Position numbers and translations under genes: made by a program. Under the pieces are notes generated by a model. The model ran no database searches, was not told the origin of the DNA, and worked only from the letters and a program-made list of their open reading frames with translations. From positions 2,400,001 through 2,464,000 of the forward strand of contig CAXXLL010000002.1 of the NCBI GenBank assembly GCA_963662545.2: DNA of 64,000 nt, in the 5' to 3' direction. Position 1 is the stretch's first letter. The number at the start of each line of letters is the position of its first letter. Shown here piece by piece: positions 21,051-30,491 of this stretch. The stretch comes from Gammaproteobacteria bacterium (GTDB taxonomy: Bacteria > Pseudomonadota > Gammaproteobacteria > Ga0077536).

Positions 21051-21959
21051 TTATTCCTTTATCGACGCTTCCACGCCGCCTTCGACCTTGGCATCGGCGG
21101 TGTCATCCGTTGCGGCACTCGCAGGCGCCTCGCCATCTTCCACTGCCGTTTCGGGCTCTATCGATTCACCTTCTGATTGATCTGAAGCCTGGTCCGAAGC
21201 CGGCGGCGAAAGTGCTTGCGCTTCGGCTTCGTCGATCTCCACAAAATCGTCGGCCGCCCCTTCGGCTGCTTCGGATATGATTAAACGGCTGTCGAGAATC
21301 GCATCGCAAACGGCCTTGGTGTAAAGATTGATCGAACGTATCGCATCATCATTCCCCGGTATCACGTAATCGATTCCATCGGGTGAATGGTTCGTATCGA
21401 CGACCGCAACGATCGGGATCCCGAGCTTGATGGCTTCGGCGACCGCTATGCGTTCGTGCCCGACATCGACGATAAACAAGGCGTCGGGAAGGGTTTCCAT
21501 ATCCTTGATGCCGCCGAGCCCCGCATTCAGTTTTTCGAGTTCACGCCGGATCTGCAGCCCTTCCTTTTTCGACATGCGCTCGAGTCCACCTGATTCAATC
21601 AGCTCCTCGTGTTCGCGCAGCCGGTTTATGGATTGCTTGACCGTCTTGAAATTGGTCAACATGCCGCCGAGCCAGCGTCGGCTTACGTAAGGCATGGAAC
21701 AACGCTGCGCTTCTCGTGCAATCGCCTCCTGGGCGGCCCGCTTCGTTCCCACTAAGAGGATCTTTCCACGCTTCGCTGCGAGGCGACCGATGAAATTTAT
21801 CGCCTCCTCGAACAGGGGTAATGACCTCTCGAGGTTAATAATGTGGATCTTATTGCGTTCCCCGAAGATGTACGGGGCCATTTTTGGATGCCAGAATCGG
21901 GTCTGGTGGCCGAAATGCACACCAGCCTCCAACATCTGGCGCATGCTCACATCGCTCAT
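21051..21959 (-). CDS. rpsB: 30S ribosomal protein S2
   Basis: [33 protein letters not shown]; SD GGAG before the ATG at 21959. Confidence 0.97.
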   Translation of the reverse strand: MSDVSMRQMLEAGVHFGHQTRFWHPKMAPYIFGERNKIHIINLERSLPLFEEAINFIGRLAAKRGKILLVGTKRAAQEAIAREAQRCSMPYVSRRWLGGMLTNFKTVKQSINRLREHEELIESGGLERMSKKEGLQIRRELEKLNAGLGGIKDMETLPDALFIVDVGHERIAVAEAIKLGIPIVAVVDTNHSPDGIDYVIPGNDDAIRSINLYTKAVCDAILDSRLIISEAAEGAADDFVEIDEAEAQALSPPASDQASDQSEGESIEPETAVEDGEAPASAATDDTADAKVEGGVEASIKE

Positions 21960-21976
21960 CGCGTCTTCTCCTAATT

Positions 21977-22057
21977 GGGTTAGGCCTCCACGAATCCCAT
22001 GCGCCAATCCGCCGCTATCGCCGCAGACACCCGGACGCGTGTGTCGATTCGTGTGCG
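21977..22057 (-). ncRNA. t44 / S2 autoregulatory leader of rpsB
   Basis: Minus strand reads CACACGAATCGACAC...CCGGGTG...ATGGGATTCGTGGAGGCCTAACCC, the pattern of the gammaproteobacterial rpsB leader. Confidence 0.85.
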
Positions 22058-22080
22058 TAATTATTTCGAAGCGGGTTTAA

Positions 22081-22111
22081 GAAACCTCTGAATAAGTTAT
22101 GGTGCGGGTGG
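22081..22111 (+). repeat. Solo family A-like end
   Basis: GAAACCTCTGAATAAGTTATGGTGCGGGTGG after TTAA; identical to 26004-26034. Confidence 0.8.
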
Positions 22112-22348
22112 TGAAGAATGTCCCCTGACATCGTTCACCTCGCTGCAGCGAATACTCGGGTTCCATAGCGCTCTTCCACCAAGCAATTGGGCGCGCAACG
22201 GCTGCTAGTGCCTCTCTGAGGCGCAGCCAGACTGGCGCAGAACCATTTTTTTCGCCAGTCTGTAAATGCGTGGGGGTTGCTGTTTCGCGGCCCCTTCGAC
22301 ATTAACACGGGTTCAAACAGTGTTTTTCCGTGCATCCAATTGCCTAGA

Positions 22349-22369
22349 AGGCGCGCGCTTTATACCATA
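22349..22369 (-). promoter_or_regulatory. rpsB-tsf extended -10 promoter with GC-rich discriminator
   Basis: Minus strand TATGGTATAAAGCGCGCGCC resembles the E. coli rpsB promoter TGTGGTATAAAGCGCGCC. Confidence 0.7.
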
Positions 22370-22408
22370 GAACCTTCGGCACAACAATGACTTGGAAGCA
22401 GATACCCA

Positions 22409-23188
22409 ATGCCGGTCTCGATTAAAACAGCCGACGAAATAGAGAAGATGAGGGTGGCCGGCCGCCTCGCCGCAGCGGTGCTTGATATGATCGAGCCACA
22501 CGTCCGTGAGGACGTGACGACGGCAGAATTAAACCTCATGTGCCACGACTATATCGTCGATGTGCAGCAGTCAATCCCCGCGCCCCTCGATTATCACGGC
22601 TTTCCAAAATCGATATGCACTTCGATCAATCACGTCGTCTGCCACGGTATTCCTGCCAATAGGAAGCTGAAAAACGGCGATGTCGTGAACATCGACATCA
22701 CTGTCATAAAAGACGGCTTTCACGGCGACACATCGAAAATGTTTTTCATCGGTAATCCCTCCAGCAAGGCCCGACGCCTGGTCGAGACTTCCTATGAATG
22801 TCTAAAAACGGGAATCGAGATGGTGCGTCCGGGAGTTCGTCTGGGCGACATCGGCGCGGCCATCCAACAATTGGCGGAATCGAGGAATTTCTCGGTCGTG
22901 CGTGAGTACTGCGGGCACGGGATCGGCCGAGAATTCCATGAAGAACCACAAGTACTCCACTATGGCGTTTCCGGTACGGGCCTCGAGTTGCGAGCAGGCA
23001 TGACGTTCACCATTGAACCGATGATCAATGCTGGAAAACGCCACGTAAAACTACTGCCGGACAACTGGACGGTCGTAACAAAGGATAGAAGCCTTTCAGC
23101 ACAGTGGGAACATACAATACTGGTCACGGATATAGGCCGCGACGTTTTGACCGCGCGCGCCGAAGAATGCTTTGAAGTAGCGGCGTGA
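22409..23188 (+). CDS. map: Methionine aminopeptidase type I
   Basis: CTSINHVVCHGIP, YCGHGIG, FTIEPMIN, SAQWEHT; divergent from rpsB. Confidence 0.97.
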   Translation: MPVSIKTADEIEKMRVAGRLAAAVLDMIEPHVREDVTTAELNLMCHDYIVDVQQSIPAPLDYHGFPKSICTSINHVVCHGIPANRKLKNGDVVNIDITVIKDGFHGDTSKMFFIGNPSSKARRLVETSYECLKTGIEMVRPGVRLGDIGAAIQQLAESRNFSVVREYCGHGIGREFHEEPQVLHYGVSGTGLELRAGMTFTIEPMINAGKRHVKLLPDNWTVVTKDRSLSAQWEHTILVTDIGRDVLTARAEECFEVAA

Positions 23189-23228
23189 ACACCCGATCGG
23201 CGAAGGTCACGGCGGTCGAATCTCTGTC

Positions 23229-23900
23229 ATGAGGCAGACCGCCCCCGGTTCCGAACCCGATTTGATCGCGCGCGCGGAGAGGTTTGCCGGCTTGACGATT
23301 GAACAGCTGGCGTCCAAGACGGGTACACGACGGCCGCAAAATCTGAACAGTCACAAAGGCTGGGTCGGCGAATTGCTGGAGATCGCTCTCGGGGCTGACG
23401 CATCGTCCAGACCGGTGCCTGATTTCGAACACCTTGGTATCGAGCTTAAAACGATCCCGCTCGACCAGAACGGACTGCCGCGTGAATCGACCCATGTTTG
23501 TACCGTGCAAATGAAGGATCTAGCGGGTCAACACTGGAAAAATTCCACCGTATACGGGAAGTTGAAACGCGTGCTCTGGATCCCGATAGAAGCAAGCTCC
23601 TCGATCCCGCTCAGCGAGCGCCGGATTGGCCGGCCGATCATCTGGAGCCCAAGCGCTAATCAGGAAGAAATCTTGCGTGAAGATTGGGAAGAGCAGATCG
23701 AACTCATCGCGACGGGGCGCCTGGACGAACTGGACGCACGAATGGGTACCTACCTACAGATTCGCCCCAAAGCCGCAAATGCCCGCTCTCTGGCGCCGGC
23801 AGCGGACGCGGACGGCGCTCCGACACGGACGCTGCCGCGGGGGTTTTACCTGCGTGCGACTTTCACGCGCTTGATCCTGGTCCAAGGAACCTCTGAATAA
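23229..23900 (+). CDS. mutH: DNA mismatch repair endonuclease MutH
   Basis: KGWVGELLE, PDFEHLGIELKTIP (PD-(D/E)xK), LQIRPKAAN, LPRGFYLR; last codons come from repeat A. Confidence 0.92.
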   Translation: MRQTAPGSEPDLIARAERFAGLTIEQLASKTGTRRPQNLNSHKGWVGELLEIALGADASSRPVPDFEHLGIELKTIPLDQNGLPRESTHVCTVQMKDLAGQHWKNSTVYGKLKRVLWIPIEASSSIPLSERRIGRPIIWSPSANQEEILREDWEEQIELIATGRLDELDARMGTYLQIRPKAANARSLAPAADADGAPTRTLPRGFYLRATFTRLILVQGTSE

Positions 23901-24046
23901 GTCATGGCCCATCTGCCTGGCCCATGAAATGGCGGAGCCTTACGTTACGAACCTTAGCCCTAACCCCGCTATGGCCTGCGATTCGTGCCTTGATCTGCAC
24001 CATTGCATGAACAATTCAGACGCACCATGACTTATTCAGAGATTCC
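23886..24046 (+). mobile_element. Repeat family A copy 3
   Basis: 161 bp, both TIRs, flanks CCAA/CTAA. Confidence 0.9.
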
Positions 24047-24054
24047 CTAACGAC

Positions 24055-25068
24055 ATGCCGATCCCCGGCGACGACAAATTCAGCGCGTGGCGGCTCTGCA
24101 TCGCTCCCATGATGAAAAGGACCGACCGCCACTTTCGCTACCTCCTCAGGTTGATTTCACCGCGCGCGCGGCTATACACGGAAATGATCACCACCGGTGC
24201 CATTCTGTACGGCGACCGGGATCGATTGCTGGCGCACGACGAGATGGAACATCCTCTCGCGGTGCAACTCGGCGGTAGTGACATCGGCGATCTGACCGCG
24301 GCCGCCGGCATCGCCGCCGCATATGATTACGACGAAATCAATCTGAATTGCGGATGTCCCAGCGACCGCGTTCGGTCGGGCAGATTCGGTGCCTGCTTGA
24401 TGGCCCAACCGGCGCTCGTCGCGGATTGCGTCAAGGCACTCCGGGATTCGATGGCTGCATCGATGACCCTGAGCGTAAAGTTACGCCTGGGGATAGACGA
24501 CCTCTACAACTACCCCTATTTCAGGGATTTCGTCGGCGAACTGGCTGATGCGGGGTGTCGGTTGTTCCACGTGCACGCGAGGAAGGCTTGCCTGTCGGGA
24601 TTTAGCCCGGCGGAGAATCGTGAGATCCCACCGCTGAACTACGACTGGGTATACCACCTCAAGCGTGATTTCCCAGACATTGGCGTGGTGCTTAACGGCG
24701 GCATTGTGCGGCCCGAGACGATCAGGCGGCACCTGAGTCGTGTCGACGGCATCATGGTAGGACGCCATGCCTACGCCGATCCGTTTGCTGTTATGAGATA
24801 CGACCGCATGGCCTGCGGTGATGTTATCGATCCAACGACACGCTCCGAAATCGTAAAGCGCTATCTGCCTTACATCGAACGAGAGCGCTTGCGCGGCGTT
24901 CCGCTCAAGCGTATGAGCAGACATTTGCTCAACCTGTTCAAGGGCCAGCCCGGGGCAAAGCGATGGCGTAGACATCTCACCCATCACGGTGCGGCCGAAA
25001 ATGCGGACACCGAAGTCGTCAGCGAAGCGCTCGCATGCGTCAGCAATCCACGCGCGGGACCTGCGTGA
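24055..25068 (+). CDS. dusA: tRNA dihydrouridine synthase A
   Basis: IAPMM, TDRHFRY, EINLNCGCPSDRV, ENREIPPL. Confidence 0.94.
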   Translation: MPIPGDDKFSAWRLCIAPMMKRTDRHFRYLLRLISPRARLYTEMITTGAILYGDRDRLLAHDEMEHPLAVQLGGSDIGDLTAAAGIAAAYDYDEINLNCGCPSDRVRSGRFGACLMAQPALVADCVKALRDSMAASMTLSVKLRLGIDDLYNYPYFRDFVGELADAGCRLFHVHARKACLSGFSPAENREIPPLNYDWVYHLKRDFPDIGVVLNGGIVRPETIRRHLSRVDGIMVGRHAYADPFAVMRYDRMACGDVIDPTTRSEIVKRYLPYIERERLRGVPLKRMSRHLLNLFKGQPGAKRWRRHLTHHGAAENADTEVVSEALACVSNPRAGPA

Positions 25069-25349
25069 CTCATTGAAGATTATGACGGGACGGCACCTTA
25101 GTGCTCCTACGACAGTGCTCCTACGACCTAATATTGATGGGTTCAGCGTTCCTACCTTGCTCTACCTCCGGCATCCATGCAGCCGTGCAGCCGTGCAGCG
25201 GTGGGATATCCGCCAGGAATCCGGATGCTATACAGGCTCCTAGCTGTCCCGGTACACGGAGCTATATAATATTTTAGACCCGGTTCGTCGCGGCGGCACG
25301 GATCTCATGCCGCGGGCACCCGAACACATAACCCAGATCTGAATTAATA

Positions 25350-26003
25350 ATGGATTTCGAAACTGCCCGTTTCAATATGGTCGAACAGCAAATTCGGCCG
25401 TGGGAAGTCCTCGATCAGAATGTGTTGAACGCATGCCTGGCCGTTCCGCGGGAGGCTTTTGCTCCCAAGCAATACCAGAACCTGGCTTTTTCAGACACGA
25501 TGGTCGATATCGGCCATGGCCAATTCATGATGGCGCCCAAAATCGAAGCGCGTCTGCTTCAGGCACTCGACGTGCAGGCCAGCGATCAAATACTCGAAAT
25601 CGGCACCGGGACCGGATATTTCGCCGCGCTGCTCGCGACATTGGGCGCGCAGGTCACGAGCGTGGATTTATTTGATGACTTCATCGAACGGGCCGCCGAG
25701 AGTCTGCGGCAAAACGGCATTACCAACGTCGAGCTGCACGTCGGCGACGCACTGGACGGGTGGCGCACCGCCACTCCGTATGACGTAATCGCAGTCACCG
25801 GATCCTCACCGGCCAGACGACAGGCCATAGAAGAGCAGTTGAGCATCGGCGGCCGTATGTTCATCATCGTCGGCATGGCTCCGGTCATGGAGGCCGCGCT
25901 GATCACTCGTGTAGACAAAGACACCTGGAGCGAGGAGATCCTGTTCGAGACGGAACTCGCGCCCTTGATTGGCGCCGAAACCGGGCCCGAATTTCGCTTC
26001 TAA
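25350..26003 (+). CDS. pcm: Protein-L-isoaspartate O-methyltransferase family protein
   Basis: ARFNMVEQQIRPW, VPREAF, LEIGTGTGY; pcm-tolC context. Confidence 0.9.
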   Translation: MDFETARFNMVEQQIRPWEVLDQNVLNACLAVPREAFAPKQYQNLAFSDTMVDIGHGQFMMAPKIEARLLQALDVQASDQILEIGTGTGYFAALLATLGAQVTSVDLFDDFIERAAESLRQNGITNVELHVGDALDGWRTATPYDVIAVTGSSPARRQAIEEQLSIGGRMFIIVGMAPVMEAALITRVDKDTWSEEILFETELAPLIGAETGPEFRF

Positions 26004-26034
26004 GAAACCTCTGAATAAGTTATGGTGCGGGTGG
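26004..26034 (+). repeat. Solo family A-like end at the pcm stop codon
   Basis: Identical to 22081-22111; preceded by CTAA containing the pcm TAA. Confidence 0.8.
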
Positions 26035-26131
26035 GCTGCGCCCCGCTATGTAACGCTCGGAACGCCCTCGGCGCCGGACCCGATCTCATGGCAGGGTGAG
26101 CCCCGCACCTGAATAAGATATCGAAGCCCCC

Positions 26132-27511
26132 ATGCCTTCTCGTCCCAATGCACTTCTTGTTCGTCTGGTCGGTTTCACCTTGGCCTTCGCAGGCTCAATT
26201 TGTGATGCCCGCAATGATCTACTCTCTATCCTTCTAACCGCCGAACAAACGGATCCAGTGTACCGCGAAGCGCAGGCCCAGGCCCGCTCGGTCGCCGAAG
26301 ACGTCCCGCAGGCGAGAGCGAACCTCTTCTTCCCTACGCTCTCCTTTTCGACGGGAACGTCGCATCTCAGACAGGACATCGAGACCGCCACGACTTTTGG
26401 CACAGGGGGTAACGTTAGTTTTGCGACCGAGAATTACCGCATCAGCCTGTCACAACCAATCTATCACCATGATCGGTTCATTGCTTTGAAGCAGGCTGAC
26501 AATCGCGTCCAGCGGGCGAACCTCGAGGTTCTTGCAGCGCGGCAGGACTTGATGGTTCGCGTAACGAGACGCTATTTCGACGTGCTCGCGGCCCGCGATA
26601 ATCTGGAATTTGCGCAGGCGGAAAAAGAATCCCTTCAGAGCCAGCTCGAGCAGGCGCAACAACGATTCGACGTCGGGCTCATCGCTATAACCGATGTCCA
26701 AGAAGCCCAAGCCGGTTACGATCGAGCGCTTGCGGGTGAAATCAGTGCGCGGAATCTCGTCGAAAACGCGAACGAAGCGCTCTGGGAAGTTACCGAAAGC
26801 TATCATGTTGATCTTGCGCCCCTGGGAGAGGCGATGCCGCTTGTCGTTCCCGATCCGATCGACATTGAGGCGTGGACAGAAACGGCACTAAAGAACAACC
26901 TCGAATTAAACGCTTCACGGATAGCCTCGGATGAAGCACGAGATGAGATCCGGCGGCGATTCGCCCAGCATTTCCCAACTCTCGACGCGACCGGCGGACA
27001 CGGTTGGAATAGTCAGGGCGGACGATTCGGTGGAAGTTCAGTCACCCAAAGCGACATCGGCATTGAACTCAACGTGCCGATTTTTGAAGGGGGCCGCACC
27101 GTTTCACGTACGCGTCAAGCAGAGCACGATCACCGGGCTGCACTGGAACGTGTAGAGCAGACGCGCCGCGCAGTCTATCGGCAGACCCGTGAAGCATATT
27201 TGGGCGTGATCTCGCAGATCAGCTCGGTCAAGGCACTGCGTCAAGCCGTCATTTCGTCGGAGACGGCGCTCGAATCCACCCGCGCGGGTTTCGAAGTCGG
27301 TACTCGAACCGCCGTTGACGTCGTTGCCGCGGAGCGCGGACTATCACAGGCCAGGCGCGATTATGCGCGCGCAAGATACGATTACATTCTGGAGACTCTG
27401 CAACTGAAGCAGGCTGCGGGGAGTCTGCAACCGGATGATATCGCAATCGCCAACTCCTGGCTGGACGATGGTTCGCGGGAATCCTCAGTCGATGAAAATT
27501 TGATTCGATGA
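26132..27511 (+). CDS. tolC: TolC family outer membrane channel
   Basis: Signal peptide, RFDVGLIAITDVQEAQA, GFEVGTRTAVDV. Confidence 0.93.
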   Translation: MPSRPNALLVRLVGFTLAFAGSICDARNDLLSILLTAEQTDPVYREAQAQARSVAEDVPQARANLFFPTLSFSTGTSHLRQDIETATTFGTGGNVSFATENYRISLSQPIYHHDRFIALKQADNRVQRANLEVLAARQDLMVRVTRRYFDVLAARDNLEFAQAEKESLQSQLEQAQQRFDVGLIAITDVQEAQAGYDRALAGEISARNLVENANEALWEVTESYHVDLAPLGEAMPLVVPDPIDIEAWTETALKNNLELNASRIASDEARDEIRRRFAQHFPTLDATGGHGWNSQGGRFGGSSVTQSDIGIELNVPIFEGGRTVSRTRQAEHDHRAALERVEQTRRAVYRQTREAYLGVISQISSVKALRQAVISSETALESTRAGFEVGTRTAVDVVAAERGLSQARRDYARARYDYILETLQLKQAAGSLQPDDIAIANSWLDDGSRESSVDENLIR

Positions 27512-27540
27512 AAGCGGCGAAACAGCACGGGAGATAGCTT

Positions 27541-28122
27541 ATGTCAGGCGCTAGCCCTCCGGTTGGTCATCTGACCTGCAATGCGGCAAATTCAATTCTC
27601 ATCGTCGTCGATGTCCAGCAGCGTCTGGGCGACGCAATGCCGGGAAAGGTATTGAACCGCGTCCTTGTTAATACCCAGTTGCTAGCGAGAGCCGCCGGCC
27701 TGCTGGACATTCCCGTGCTTAAGACTGAACAATATCCGCGCGGCTTGGGTCCCACGCATCCCGCCATTACGGAAGTGCTCCCCAGTTCGACGAGGGCGTA
27801 CGAAAAACTCACATTTTCCTGTTGTCGCGCCGATGGATTTCTCGACGAGGTGATGGATCTGGGCCGGCGCCAGATGATACTCGTCGGGATGGAGGCTCAT
27901 GTTTGCGTACTACAGACCGCCTTCGACCTGCAGGGCGAGGGCCTCGAACCGTTTGTCGTCGAAGACGCGGTGTGCTCGAGGCGGCTCGAAAACTACCAAA
28001 ATGCACTCGATCGCCTTAGACAATCGCAAGTGGCGATCGTCAGCGCCGAATCGGTCGTGTTCGAATGGCTAGGCGCGGCCGATCATCAGCACTTCAAGGC
28101 GGTGCAGAAATTACTGCGTTGA
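27541..28122 (+). CDS. Isochorismatase-family (YcaC-like) hydrolase
   Basis: VVDVQ, TEQYPRGLG, GMEAHVCVLQT. Confidence 0.9.
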   Translation: MSGASPPVGHLTCNAANSILIVVDVQQRLGDAMPGKVLNRVLVNTQLLARAAGLLDIPVLKTEQYPRGLGPTHPAITEVLPSSTRAYEKLTFSCCRADGFLDEVMDLGRRQMILVGMEAHVCVLQTAFDLQGEGLEPFVVEDAVCSRRLENYQNALDRLRQSQVAIVSAESVVFEWLGAADHQHFKAVQKLLR

Positions 28123-28193
28123 GCCAACTTGCGGCGTGCGGGAAGCCGGTCGATCCTGCTTAAACGCCGGCGGGGCGCGACGCCGCCGGAAAT

Positions 28194-28216
28194 GCGGACA
28201 ATTTTGAGATAGGTTC
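28194..28216. repeat. Solo family C right end
   Basis: GCGGACAATTTTGAGATAGGTTC resembles GTGGATAATTTTGAGATAAGTTC at 3441-3463. Confidence 0.65.
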
Positions 28217-28290
28217 TTGTAACAGCGCCTCCTCACTGCGGCGCTTCATCGCCCGCGCGACAGTACGTGGTTAGAAATCCGGGCTGGCAA

Positions 28291-28917
28291 TCAGTTCACT
28301 GTGTATTCACGCGAAGTCATGCATGCGCCGAACGCCCGGTTGTATTCACCGTGTTCTTCCTGACGCCGCGTGTAATCCGCGTCCGCCTGGGCCTGTTGTT
28401 GCTGGTAATAATCGTAATTATAGGACCGCTGTGGCGGCGGCTCGGGTTGCCGACTAGAACGGTTCATGGCGCCGAATAAGGTCGAAGCCAGCGCGCCGAT
28501 CGCTGCGCCTTCCCCGGCGTTGCCGGCCAACGCACCGCCGGCCGCGCCCAGTGCCGCCCCGGTGGCCGCATCGCCCATCATGCCGCCGCCTTCGAACATC
28601 CCGCCGTCACCGATACCGAGGAACCCGCGATTGGAGCGGCTTCGACGCGGTTCGCTGTAACCGGTGCGCGGGTCCGGTGGCGGAGGCGCCGCAGATCGAG
28701 GCGCCAATGGCGCGGCCGAACTCGGATCGAAACCGCTCTGAGTGACCGACCATTGATGACACTCGAAACGATCCTGGGACTGCTGCGCTTCGGTCTGCCC
28801 GGCATTCGGGTAGGCGAATACGTGCTGGGCGGCGAAACCATCGGCCGTTACCATAACCGCCGCCGCCACCGAAATAACGCTAAAAATCGCGCCAACTTTC
28901 ATTTCCAGTGCTCCCAT
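28291..28917 (-). CDS. Secreted glycine-zipper protein
   Basis: Signal peptide, YPNAGQ..QQSQDRFECHQW, GAALGAAGGALAG zipper, YNRAFGACM tail; start may be 28902. Confidence 0.8.
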   Translation of the reverse strand: MGALEMKVGAIFSVISVAAAVMVTADGFAAQHVFAYPNAGQTEAQQSQDRFECHQWSVTQSGFDPSSAAPLAPRSAAPPPPDPRTGYSEPRRSRSNRGFLGIGDGGMFEGGGMMGDAATGAALGAAGGALAGNAGEGAAIGALASTLFGAMNRSSRQPEPPPQRSYNYDYYQQQQAQADADYTRRQEEHGEYNRAFGACMTSREYTVN

Positions 28918-29057
28918 TCAGTGACAAAGTCATCGGTCGCAGGATGGCGAGTAGCCTGATTTCTCGCCTGTCCGCAGCCGCTACGCGAAGAGTCCAACAC
29001 CCATCAAGCAATTTAGTACATGTTGGATGCAACTCGGCGCCAAGTCCATTTGGATGG

Positions 29058-29113
29058 CAGGCTGTCGCCGAAGCGCATCGAAAAACGATAAGGTGTCGTT
29101 TTTCAACATCTCG
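29058..29113. repeat. Degenerate family B remnant
   Basis: CAGGCTGTC...GAAAAACGATAAGGTGTCGTTTTTCAACA resembles the family B terminal hairpin. Confidence 0.55.
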
Positions 29114-29219
29114 TTAGAACGCCCACGCGCTAATAAGTTTAGCAGGCATGCCCCAAAATAATGTCGACCCGTCGAAACTTCGAGTACAGCCGGTACGAAT
29201 TAGCGCTGCTGTGAGCCGT

Positions 29220-30491
29220 TCATCCGCGATTCAGGATCCCGCGGATAAGCTGCACAGTCCGCTTCGTCGCGCCGCGATGCTGCCGGACGATCTCGGCGCC
29301 GGTATTACCGATTCTGTCTCGTTCGTTACTGTCCACCAGCCAGTCGAGTGCCGCCCGCGCAAGCTCGTCTTCGTCGGACACTACCTGCAATGCGCCCCCG
29401 ATCTCAAGAATTCGGCAAATTTCCGAAAAATTATAGGTATGAGGCCCCACCAGCACGGGGATTCCCAGGCTCGCAGGTTCTAAGACATTGTGCCCCCCGA
29501 AAGGCAATAGACTACCGCCCACGAAAGCGACATCCGAAGCGGCGTAAAAGCGGGGCAATTCACCCATAGCATCGACGAGATAAACGTCGGTCTCATCAGA
29601 ACAATAGGCACGCGTACTACAGCGTACGACCGCCAATCCGCGACTGCGGCACATTTCGGCGACTTCGTCGAAGCGCTCCGGATGCCGGGGAGCGAGCACC
29701 AATAACAATCCTTTCAGGCGTTTACTGATCATGTTGAACGCCTCGACGATGATGCGTTCTTCGCCATCTCGGGTACTGCCGGCTATCAAAATCGGTCTGT
29801 TAACACCTAGTTGGCGCCGCAAAGCCTCCGCCTGCTCGTGCAGGCTGGGAGGCAACTCCAAATCGAATTTAACGCTGCCGAATACCTGGATTCGCTCGGG
29901 AGCAGCGCCCAGTGCGACAAAGCGATCCCTGTCCTGCTCCGTTTGCGCTGCAATGAAGTCCACGGATCGGATAATCTGCTGGCTCAACCACGGTAAGCGT
30001 GCATAGGATTTCAGCGAGCGCTCCGATAGACGTGCATTGGCGAGAACGATGGGAATCGAACGGGATATGCAGGAAGCGAACGTGTTCGGCCACAACTCGG
30101 TTTCCAACACGACAAATATCATCGGTGTGAACCGGTCAAGAAACCGCCTCACGATGTATGGAAGATCGTAAGGGAAATAGACGTGCTGAATGTCCTCGCC
30201 AAGCATGCGTTTGATCGTTTCCGCACCTGTTGGCGTGGTCGTGGTAACCAGAATACCGGCCTCGTCGAAATTATCCGTCAATGCTCGAATGAGCGGCACA
30301 GCCGCCATACTTTCGCCGACCGACACGGCATGGATCCAGATCAAGGGCTGCGCTGGAACATTCCCGTGATAGACGCCTAAGCGTTCCATCCAGCGCTGGA
30401 GATAGCTTCGATTTTTGCGGGCGCGTATATAGAGCCGCAGTAGGAGTACCGGGATCAACAACGCAAATAAGAGTGTATAAACCTGTCTCAG
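29220..30491 (-). CDS. waaA: 3-deoxy-D-manno-octulosonate (Kdo) transferase
   Basis: WIHAVSVGE, ETELWPN, APRHPERF, GGHNVLEP; CTG start at 30491 inferred (ORF track start 30461). Confidence 0.95.
   Translation of the reverse strand: MRQVYTLLFALLIPVLLLRLYIRARKNRSYLQRWMERLGVYHGNVPAQPLIWIHAVSVGESMAAVPLIRALTDNFDEAGILVTTTTPTGAETIKRMLGEDIQHVYFPYDLPYIVRRFLDRFTPMIFVVLETELWPNTFASCISRSIPIVLANARLSERSLKSYARLPWLSQQIIRSVDFIAAQTEQDRDRFVALGAAPERIQVFGSVKFDLELPPSLHEQAEALRRQLGVNRPILIAGSTRDGEERIIVEAFNMISKRLKGLLLVLAPRHPERFDEVAEMCRSRGLAVVRCSTRAYCSDETDVYLVDAMGELPRFYAASDVAFVGGSLLPFGGHNVLEPASLGIPVLVGPHTYNFSEICRILEIGGALQVVSDEDELARAALDWLVDSNERDRIGNTGAEIVRQHRGATKRTVQLIRGILNRG

Noticed and set aside
21051-21260. Long acidic C-terminal tail of S2
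   Set aside because: Such low-complexity tails are common in RpsB.
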